A model generated the notes under the pieces. It was given only the letters and a program-made list of their open reading frames with translations, was not told where the DNA came from and searched no databases. DNA of 64,000 nt from Candidatus Bathyarchaeia archaeon. Lineage in GTDB: Archaea; Thermoproteota; CALKCG01; B24. The DNA lies in NCBI GenBank assembly GCA_038870975.1, contig JAVZJD010000001.1:256001-320000 (forward strand), given 5' to 3'. Below are positions 57,097-64,000 of this stretch, one piece after another. The position numbers were made by a program, and so were the translations under genes. The stretch's first letter is position 1. Each line of letters opens with the position of its first letter.

Positions 57097-58275
57097 GTGT
57101 CCTATTTGACAGATTGCGAGCTTGAAAAACCCATAAGAACCTATGAAGAAATAAATGAGAAGATCAGAAAAGGAGAAGTTGTAGTTTTGAGAGCAGATGA
57201 ATTTAAACGTCTAGCTGAAAATAGAGGTTTTGAAGCGGCAGCTAAGGAGGTCGATGTTATAACGACTGGCACATTTGGAGCCATGTGCTCCTCAGGAGCT
57301 GTAATCAACCTAGGACATTCAGACCCACCTATTAAGATAGATAAAGCCTGGATAAACGACGTCCCCGTATGCCATCCGGGGGCGGCAGTAGACCTATACA
57401 TAGGAGCTACTCAAATGTCTGAAACCAAGCCCTTTGAATACGGCGGCGGCCATGTCATTGAAGACTTAATACGTGGAAATGAAGTCGAATTGAGGGCTAC
57501 TGCCTATGGAACAGACTGCTACCCTAGAACTAGACTTGAAACCACGATAACGAAGTACGATTTAAACCAATTCTACATGTTGAACTTTAGAAATGCTTAT
57601 CAAAAATACGTCTGTGCAACCAATAGTAGGGATACTACAATGTATACTTACATGGGTAAATTGTTGCCACATTACGGAAATGCCACCTTTTCAGGGTCTG
57701 GTGAATTAAACCCTCTGATGAACGATCCAGATTACGAAACGATAGGCATTGGAACGAGGATATTCCTTGGAGGTGCGAAAGGCTACGTAATAGGTGAAGG
57801 TACTCAACATGACCCGAAGAATCAAATGGGCACATTAATGGTTAGAGGAAATTGTATGGAAATGGACGCTAAGTACGTCAGAGGAGCGGCTATAACCCGC
57901 TATGGAACATCGATATACGTTGGACTCGGCATACCAATACCAATATTAAGCTTGAAAATCGCTAAAAACATTGCGTCTACAAAAGATGAGAACATAAAGG
58001 TCAAAGTTGTAGACTACGGCATCCCTAAGAGGGAAAGACCCATATTGAGAGAAGTCTCCTACAAAGAGCTTAAAACTGGGAGAATAGAAATCCTAGGTAA
58101 AACTGTCAAAGTAAGCCCTCTATCAAGCATCAAAATCGCACTAGATATAGCTGAAACCCTGAAGAAGTGGATTGAAGAAGGAACATTCTACCTCTCTAAA
58201 CCCGTTGAAAACCTACCTAAAGACTCTATATTTAGACCAATGAGGGAGGGAGTCGTCGCAAAGAGAATACTGTAG
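57097..58275 (+). CDS. DUF39 homocysteine biosynthesis protein (aspartate-semialdehyde sulfurtransferase type), no CBS domains
   Basis: RT.EEINEKI..G..VV, VDV.TTGTFG.MCSSG, YGGGHVIEDL, RNAYQ, NDP...TIGIGTRIFLGG. Confidence 0.92.
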   Translation: MSYLTDCELEKPIRTYEEINEKIRKGEVVVLRADEFKRLAENRGFEAAAKEVDVITTGTFGAMCSSGAVINLGHSDPPIKIDKAWINDVPVCHPGAAVDLYIGATQMSETKPFEYGGGHVIEDLIRGNEVELRATAYGTDCYPRTRLETTITKYDLNQFYMLNFRNAYQKYVCATNSRDTTMYTYMGKLLPHYGNATFSGSGELNPLMNDPDYETIGIGTRIFLGGAKGYVIGEGTQHDPKNQMGTLMVRGNCMEMDAKYVRGAAITRYGTSIYVGLGIPIPILSLKIAKNIASTKDENIKVKVVDYGIPKRERPILREVSYKELKTGRIEILGKTVKVSPLSSIKIALDIAETLKKWIEEGTFYLSKPVENLPKDSIFRPMREGVVAKRIL

Positions 58276-58279
58276 GAGG

Positions 58280-58678
58280 TTGTTAAAAATGGTTAAAATA
58301 CTCTTGAGGTTCCATAGAGGGCTCATGAGGGAACCCATAACTTCAACAGTCATCCTAGAGAAAGGCGTTAAAATAAACATTCTAAAAGCCTTCGTACATG
58401 AGAGGGGCGGAGAGATGCTTATAGAAGTCTCAGATGAATACGCAGATGAAATAATCAGGGCTTTTGAAAGCAAAGGCGTTGAAGTCATACTTAGAAGGAC
58501 AATATCCGTAGACTCGGATAAATGTATACACTGTGGCGCCTGCCTCTCCCTCTGTCCAGCAGATGCCATAAAATTATCTCAAGAGTACACGGTATCTTTC
58601 GATGAAAGTAAATGTGTAGCATGCGGCATCTGCGTAGACGCATGTCCGATGAGAGCCATCTCTCTTATAACCTTCTGA
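58280..58678 (+). CDS. NIL domain-2x[4Fe-4S] ferredoxin partner of the DUF39 enzyme
   Basis: INILKA NIL motif; two CxxCxxCxxxCP clusters. Confidence 0.92.
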   Translation: MLKMVKILLRFHRGLMREPITSTVILEKGVKINILKAFVHERGGEMLIEVSDEYADEIIRAFESKGVEVILRRTISVDSDKCIHCGACLSLCPADAIKLSQEYTVSFDESKCVACGICVDACPMRAISLITF

Positions 58679-58682
58679 ATCT

Positions 58683-59024
58683 TTAAACCCGTAGGCTTTC
58701 TAACTCATCTATATGCTTTTGGATGACTTTACAGATCTGACAAATGTCCAATACATTCGGCTCAGGGCTTTTAGACTTAGCGATATCTTCCGCGATCTTC
58801 TCCACAATATTCCTAACGCTGTCAACTCTCATCAATTTTTCGGAAAGCTTCCATCCACGCTTCGACCGCAAATAGTGACTTATGGCTGCCTGCGTAGTAC
58901 CTAAAGCTTTAGCGGCTGAAGTTTGAGTAAACCCATACTTCTCTACGAGCCTCTTAGCTATAAGAAGTCTTACAGCTGGTAGAATAAACTTGACAGACGA
59001 CTCGCACGGAGGTTTTAAACCCAT
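58683..59024 (-). CDS. XRE-type HTH regulator with N-terminal PPC and C-terminal CxxC (resembles ThiR DNA-binding domain)
   Basis: KPPCE...LPAVR..IAK.L....G.TQ..AA..LG.TQAAIS.YL..KRG...C..C. Confidence 0.85.
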   Translation of the reverse strand: MGLKPPCESSVKFILPAVRLLIAKRLVEKYGFTQTSAAKALGTTQAAISHYLRSKRGWKLSEKLMRVDSVRNIVEKIAEDIAKSKSPEPNVLDICQICKVIQKHIDELESLRV

Positions 59025-59050
59025 AGATTTCTCCTAGAGTAGTAAGGATT

Positions 59051-59063
59051 ATTACTCTGTTAT
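59051..59063. promoter_or_regulatory. ATAAC-N3-GTTAT site (1 mismatch) overlapping the regulator's own TATA box
   Basis: ATTACTCTGTTAT; minus-strand TTTATAA at 59060-59066. Confidence 0.55.
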
Positions 59064-59110
59064 AAATTTTGCCATAGATCCATCTAAAAATTTATACGAA
59101 TCTAAACTTC

Positions 59111-60436
59111 TCAAACTCCTCCCTTAACTTTAAAATATTCTTCAAACTGCTCTACGTACTTATAGCCAGTATCTGGAAAAACCAAAACGTAAACTCCACG
59201 CTCCTTCATCATTCTAGTGAATGCAGTGAAAACAGCCCCAGCACTTAAACCTATTAAAAGCCCCTCCCTTCTAGCGACTGTCAATACGCCCTCTAAAGCT
59301 TCTCTCCTACTAACGTCTACAACCTGGTCGAACACCGCCCAGTGAATCCACTTCATACCTGTTTCAACCCTACGTACGCCGGGTATTGTCTCATTAGGAG
59401 CAGATTGAACACCTATGATCTTCACAGAATCTCCATACTTGCTTTTGAAGTAGATAGATATAGCACTCATATGTCCTGAAGTCCCCAAACACCCTATAAT
59501 ATAGTCTGGAACTAGTCCTAGACTTCCAAGCTGTTCATCGATCTCCCTAGCCGTATATTTGAGATGGACTTTAAGATTCGCGTCGTTTTCAAACTGATTC
59601 AAATGCGTCGCTCCATCCTCTTTAGACTTCGCATCAACTTCTTCTAAGGCTTCTACAGTTAAATCTACAGGTACTCTTACAACATCAGCCCCTAAAACCC
59701 TGAGTAAAACATCGCTAGTCTTCTGAACAGTCCTCGGAAGGAATAGCTTCACCTTTCTCCCTAGGATACTTGCTATAGCCGCTATAGCAATTCCGGTGTT
59801 GGTGGAAGTAGCCTCATACAGAACGTCTCCCAAAACACCATCTTCAAGAGCCCTCATAACTAAAGCCCAGCCAGTCCTATCTTTAACGCTATTACTAAAC
59901 GGATTTAACCCTTCAAGCTTAGCCCAGACAGTTCTTTCACCATTTGAGAAAGACCTAAGCTTAACCAGAGGCGTCGGCCAATCTCCATAGAAAAGCTCTA
60001 AAGTGCTATTATAAACTCTAAGCCTCCTATCATCTTTTCTACGAACATTTAACAAATTCAAGTTTACATCTACTTTTGGGACTCCCCCCTTGATTTGAAC
60101 GTCAAAACTTCCATATGGAAGCCTCGGACCTTTAATACCAGCTCTAATAACATCCTCCAACGTAACAGGTCCAAATCGCGTATTTAGAGTCTTAACAACC
60201 ACTCTAGAAGAGTCGATTTGAAGCACGGGGATTTTCTCAGCTGAGAAAATCTTTAAAGCCTCAAATACTTCCCATCCCTTCAAAACAACCATAGTTGACT
60301 TTTCAACTACAATAGGTTCTCTAACGCATTTTTCACTGAGGATTCGACTGTACGTAGGGATTACAATCTTTAAATCTACGTTTACTGGCTGTTTCACTTC
60401 GTTTATCCCCACGTTTTTGATTCTACCCTTCGACAT
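59111..60436 (-). CDS. cysO: O-phosphoserine sulfhydrylase-type cysteine synthase with degenerate ParB/SerK-like N-terminal domain
   Basis: PTPLV, KLE..NPFS.SVKDR PLP-lysine motif, NQF.NDAN, LGTSGHMSA, IPG.RRVETGM as in Aeropyrum-type CysO; ATG at 60436. Confidence 0.85.
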   Translation of the reverse strand: MSKGRIKNVGINEVKQPVNVDLKIVIPTYSRILSEKCVREPIVVEKSTMVVLKGWEVFEALKIFSAEKIPVLQIDSSRVVVKTLNTRFGPVTLEDVIRAGIKGPRLPYGSFDVQIKGGVPKVDVNLNLLNVRRKDDRRLRVYNSTLELFYGDWPTPLVKLRSFSNGERTVWAKLEGLNPFSNSVKDRTGWALVMRALEDGVLGDVLYEATSTNTGIAIAAIASILGRKVKLFLPRTVQKTSDVLLRVLGADVVRVPVDLTVEALEEVDAKSKEDGATHLNQFENDANLKVHLKYTAREIDEQLGSLGLVPDYIIGCLGTSGHMSAISIYFKSKYGDSVKIIGVQSAPNETIPGVRRVETGMKWIHWAVFDQVVDVSRREALEGVLTVARREGLLIGLSAGAVFTAFTRMMKERGVYVLVFPDTGYKYVEQFEEYFKVKGGV

Positions 60437-60447
60437 AACGGCGTTAT
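60435..60447. promoter_or_regulatory. ATAAC-N3-GTTAT palindrome overlapping the cysO start codon
   Basis: ATAACGGCGTTAT; minus-strand TTTTTAA at 60463-60469. Confidence 0.65.
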
Positions 60448-60637
60448 ATTTAACCCTCAAACTTAAAAACTTTTAGAAGACCAGTAACTGTCGATTAACT
60501 CTAAATATGAGGCGCTACGTTTAAAATCGTAAACTCTCTACATAGAAATCAAAAGTTTTTCTTCACAACACTCGTAAATTACTCTAGAAGAGCCTCTATC
60601 TTAAGGAGAAGTGTAAATCTAAGCTGGAGGGGAGGAA

Positions 60638-61618
60638 TTGGAGGCTTTTAAGAAAGTCAAGTGTAAGAGATGCGGCGTAGTTAAAGAAGGCGTTTATTTA
60701 CCGAGTTACAATTTAAAGCTTTGCCTAGACTGCTTCCAACTCTTCTTCGAGAATAAAACTCAAAAGACCATTGAAAAGTTTAAAATGTTTTCAAAAAACG
60801 ATAAAATCGCAGTCGCTATCTCAGGAGGGAAGGATAGCACAGCTTTAGCTAAATCCTTAAAAAACCTAGGGTACAACATCCATCTCGTTCACATCAACTG
60901 TCAAATAGAAGAAGAAAACTACTCAAAGAACTGCCAAGAAACAGTTGAAAAATTCGCTGAAGAGGAAAACCTCCCCCTTACGATTCTAGATTTCAAGAAA
61001 GAGGTTGAAGTAGACGTAAAACTAGCGGCAAAAATAGCAAGTAAAGAAATATGCGCCCTCTGTGGAATGGTGAAAAGGTATCTTCTAAATAGAGAAGCCG
61101 CAGAGTTTGACGTCCTCGTCACCGGACATACTTTAGACGATGAAGCAGCAAACCTCCTATCCTCCCTAATATTCTGGAGAGAATTCTTAGAGAGACAGTG
61201 GCCAGTATTGAGAGAAGAAGGACCTCTTAAAAAGAGGGCTAAGCCCTTCTGTCTAACTTTCGAACGTGAAACAAAACTTTACTGCGATATTTTAAAGCTT
61301 CCATATGTAAAAAACCCATGCCCTCTTAGAGGTGGAACCTACGTCTTCTTCAAAAAGATAATTCAAGAAGTAGAAAGAGAAATGCCTTCCTCGATAATTG
61401 GCTTCTACAAGGGCTTTCTAAAGAGGAAAGAGAAGCTTGGACTTACACCTAGGAAGGAAAACCTAATGCCCTGTAGAAACTGCGGATATTTAACCGTAGC
61501 TGAAGTCTGTAGCTTCTGTAGATTGAAAGAAAAAGTTAAAGACTATCTAGCTTCAAAAGCAGTATGGTCTAACCACCGACTATCGCAGGCATTATCGTCA
61601 CTTCATCCCCCTCGTTAA
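60638..61618 (+). CDS. TtuA/NcsA-family tRNA thiolation enzyme
   Basis: N- and C-terminal CxxC pairs, PP-loop SGGKDS, CALC...KRY, GH.LDDE, CP. Confidence 0.88.
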   Translation: MEAFKKVKCKRCGVVKEGVYLPSYNLKLCLDCFQLFFENKTQKTIEKFKMFSKNDKIAVAISGGKDSTALAKSLKNLGYNIHLVHINCQIEEENYSKNCQETVEKFAEEENLPLTILDFKKEVEVDVKLAAKIASKEICALCGMVKRYLLNREAAEFDVLVTGHTLDDEAANLLSSLIFWREFLERQWPVLREEGPLKKRAKPFCLTFERETKLYCDILKLPYVKNPCPLRGGTYVFFKKIIQEVEREMPSSIIGFYKGFLKRKEKLGLTPRKENLMPCRNCGYLTVAEVCSFCRLKEKVKDYLASKAVWSNHRLSQALSSLHPPR

Positions 61619-61805
61619 GAAGATGGTCAGATTTCACAGCTCTGCCGTTCACGAGAATAATCTCCTGCGTTAAATCAAAGCCTTTAATACGTTCAGAAAG
61701 TTTACCCATGAGGTCTTTTACGGTAGATTTATCTTCGATTTCCACTTCTAACCTGCTGCCGAGTTTTTGAGCTATAAACCCGTACGTATTAACTTTGACC
61801 TTCAA
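61569..61805 (-). CDS. MoaD/ThiS/SAMP ubiquitin-like protein (likely start TTG 61805)
   Basis: MKVKV, TV.DL, ILVNG....L.EGDEV.I.P, C-terminal VGG. Confidence 0.88.
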   Translation of the reverse strand: MKVKVNTYGFIAQKLGSRLEVEIEDKSTVKDLMGKLSERIKGFDLTQEIILVNGRAVKSDHLLNEGDEVTIMPAIVGG

Positions 61806-61887
61806 CCTTAAACTACCTACGCTTCGGTCTATTATAAGCATTTTCCAACTGAAGGTGAAGATTTATACTTAAATAGTAGAAGTTTAA

Positions 61888-62637
61888 TTGATGACGCTAT
61901 CAGCCTATGAGCTTGAACGCTATGATAGACAAATCCGTATACCAGACTTCGGATTGGAAGGTCAGATTAGACTTAGAAACTCTAAAGTTGCCGTCGTTGG
62001 GATTGGAGGATTGGGCTGTTTAGCATCAATATACTTAGCAGCTGCAGGAGTTGGCAAACTAATACTCATAGATAAAGAAAGATTTGAACTAAACAATTTA
62101 AACAGACAGATACTGGGATACCCGTCAGACTTAGGGAAGCTAAAGGTAGAGGTTGCAAAAATTAAACTTGAAGAGTTTAACCCCAATGTTGAAGTTGAAG
62201 CTCTTCCAGTTGAATTGTCTGAGAAAAACATAGCAGACACTATAGGCCATGTTGATGTTGTCGTAGATTGTCTAGACAACTGGAGAACCAGATTTCTCAT
62301 AAACGACTACTGTGTATCGGAAAACATCTGCTTTGTCCACGCAGCTGTTTCAGAACTATATGGACAGATTACGACGATAATGCCTAGAAAAGGTCCATGT
62401 CTTAGATGTGTCCTCTACAGAATTCCAACAGTGGAAACCGAAGTCATCCCAATACTAGGAGCAGTTCCAGCGACATTAGCTTCCCTTGAAGTTTTAGAGA
62501 CGATAAAACTACTGACGGGAATAGGAGAGCCTCTAGTTGGAAGAATGCTTTTCATAGATTTAAGGAGGATGAGCTTCGACACGATTCAACTATCTAGAAG
62601 AAACGACTGCCCCACATGTAGTGGAACGACAGCTTAA
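61888..62637 (+). CDS. E1-like activating enzyme (UbaA/MoeB/ThiF family)
   Basis: RYDRQ, GIGGLG, NLNRQ, DCLDN, CLRC and C-terminal CPTC. Confidence 0.93.
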   Translation: MMTLSAYELERYDRQIRIPDFGLEGQIRLRNSKVAVVGIGGLGCLASIYLAAAGVGKLILIDKERFELNNLNRQILGYPSDLGKLKVEVAKIKLEEFNPNVEVEALPVELSEKNIADTIGHVDVVVDCLDNWRTRFLINDYCVSENICFVHAAVSELYGQITTIMPRKGPCLRCVLYRIPTVETEVIPILGAVPATLASLEVLETIKLLTGIGEPLVGRMLFIDLRRMSFDTIQLSRRNDCPTCSGTTA

Positions 62638-62668
62638 AATAAAACCTCTCTCCTCTTAAAAGTAGAAG

Positions 62669-62953
62669 ATGAAGGTTAAAATCAAATACTTCGCATATTT
62701 AAGGGAAATCACGGGAAAGCGTGAGGATTTAGTCGAATTAGAAGAAGACACATCTGTCGGAAAACTCTTAGAAGCACTTTCAAACAAATACGGAGAAAAG
62801 TTTAGAGAATATATTTATGGACTCGGCGAATTTGAAGGAGTATCTCTAAACTTTCTACTAAACGGAAGAAACATATCACTCGATAAAATGTTTGAAACAA
62901 AACTTCAAGATGGAGATGTCTTATCTATCCTTCCACCCGTAGCAGGAGGATAG
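62669..62953 (+). CDS. SAMP1/MoaD-like ubiquitin-like protein
   Basis: MKVKIKYFA.LRE, LLNGRN, L.DGD...ILPPVAGG. Confidence 0.92.
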   Translation: MKVKIKYFAYLREITGKREDLVELEEDTSVGKLLEALSNKYGEKFREYIYGLGEFEGVSLNFLLNGRNISLDKMFETKLQDGDVLSILPPVAGG

Positions 62954-63058
62954 ACGTACTTCAACATCTACGTAAACATCTCAGACCTTCAGCATACCAA
63001 CAGCCTTCGCAAACTTATTATAAAATTATTATTGTAGTTATATGTAGTTACTCGGCTG

Positions 63059-64000
63059 ATGTTCATGTTAAACGTTGAACACATACGTAGAGACTTCCCA
63101 ATGCTCTCACTAAGCAGGGAAGACGGCAAGCCCATAATCTACTTAGACAACGCCGCCACAACCTTTAAACCACGTCAGGTTATAAATGCCATAGTCCGCT
63201 ACTATGAACGTTATACAGCCAACGTACATAGAGGCCTATACAAGCTATCCCAAGAAGCGACCACACTATATGAAAACTCTAGAGAGACCATCGCAAAATT
63301 CATAAACGCCGATCCGAGTGAAATAGTCTTCACGAAAAACGCTACTGAAGGCATTAATATAGTTGCCTATGGCTTAAATTGGACACCTGAAGATGAAGTA
63401 ATCACAACTGTTATGGAACATCACTCTAACCTTATCCCATGGCAGATGATACGAGACAGATTTAAAGTCAAACTGAAATTCCTAGATATAACTAATGATG
63501 GACATCTCGACGTTGAAAAACTCCCAAATTTAATATCTAAACGGACTAAACTTGTAACTTTAAACCACGTATCGAATGTATTAGGAACGATAAATCCGGT
63601 TGAAGAAGTGGTCAAAATAGCTCATGAACACGAAATACTGGTCCTCGTTGATGCCGCACAATCTGTTCCTCATATTCCCATAGATGTGAAAAGACTTGAA
63701 TGCGATTTTCTAGTTTTCAGCGGTCATAAAATGCTTGGACCTACGGGAATAGGTATTCTATACGTAAACAGCGACACTTCAAACATCCTTCAACCTGCTT
63801 TTGGAGGTGGAGAGATGATACGTAAAGTCGAACTGGAAAAAGCAGAATGGAACGACGTACCATGGAGATTTGAACCTGGAACTCCAAACGTCGCTGGAGC
63901 AGTTGGACTCGCAGCTGCAGTCGAATACCTCGCAAAAATTGGGATGGATAATGTGCGAAAACATGAAATCCAGCTAAACCATCTAGTCCTTAGAAAGCTT
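63059..64000 (+). CDS. sufS: SufS-type cysteine desulfurase (3'-truncated by window edge; not in ORF track)
   Basis: Manual translation: IRRDFP, IYLDNAATT.KP, ANVHRG, EHHSNLIPW, DAAQS, FSGHKMLGPTGIG, FEPGTP. Confidence 0.95.
   Translation, partial: MFMLNVEHIRRDFPMLSLSREDGKPIIYLDNAATTFKPRQVINAIVRYYERYTANVHRGLYKLSQEATTLYENSRETIAKFINADPSEIVFTKNATEGINIVAYGLNWTPEDEVITTVMEHHSNLIPWQMIRDRFKVKLKFLDITNDGHLDVEKLPNLISKRTKLVTLNHVSNVLGTINPVEEVVKIAHEHEILVLVDAAQSVPHIPIDVKRLECDFLVFSGHKMLGPTGIGILYVNSDTSNILQPAFGGGEMIRKVELEKAEWNDVPWRFEPGTPNVAGAVGLAAAVEYLAKIGMDNVRKHEIQLNHLVLRKL

Noticed and set aside
44435-63051. Weaker ATAAC/GTTAT half-site matches upstream of moaD (44435-44447) and sufS (63028-63051)
   Set aside because: Two or more mismatches in AT-rich DNA; not counted in the regulon
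169-63964. Many 60-140 aa ORFs antisense to or nested in recognised genes (e.g. 557-907, 12311-12670, 40119-40538, 47832-48230, 56613-57002)
   Set aside because: Shadow ORFs with no recognisable motifs, lying inside confidently assigned CDSs
1-64000. CRISPR array, cas genes, integrase, transposase or rRNA
   Set aside because: No repeat-spacer periodicity or matching protein motifs seen, and no second copy of the tRNA-Gly 3' end (att site) noticed by eye

Overview
Archaeal chromosomal segment with low GC and many TTG/GTG starts. Gene content and order suggest a TACK archaeon, probably Bathyarchaeia (inference). 1-20 kb is mostly conserved information-processing genes (srp54, rpl21e-rpoF-DUF655-ksgA, rpl10e, dph2, csl4, rpoL, tfs, eIF5A, endA, aCPSF1, psmB) plus an ArsR-led ABC exporter. 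20-42 kb is carbohydrate-rich: a form III-like RuBisCO with all catalytic residues but an unusual loop-6 insertion sits in one unit with a GH42 beta-galactosidase and is flanked by two FGGY sugar kinases and a HAD phosphatase. argG, argH, tRNA-Gly and a GH3 follow. 44-50 kb holds moaDE, copA, nadA, a metallochaperone GTPase and larE. 50.8-56.2 kb is an accessory zone: an ~88% AT tract flanked by ORB-like boxes, two wHTH genes, a secreted repeat protein and a HEPN-MNT fusion, near a switch in strand composition. 56-64 kb is a sulfur-assimilation and relay island (fdhD, homocysteine-synthesis pair, Cys-containing HTH regulator, cysO, ttuA-like, two SAMPs, E1, sufS). Best candidates for undescribed systems: (1) the RuBisCO-sugar kinase-glycosidase module, and (2) an ATAAC-N3-GTTAT operator regulon linking the cysO, homocysteine-synthesis, nadA, copA and regulator promoters. 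All calls come from motif recognition by eye; no searches were run.
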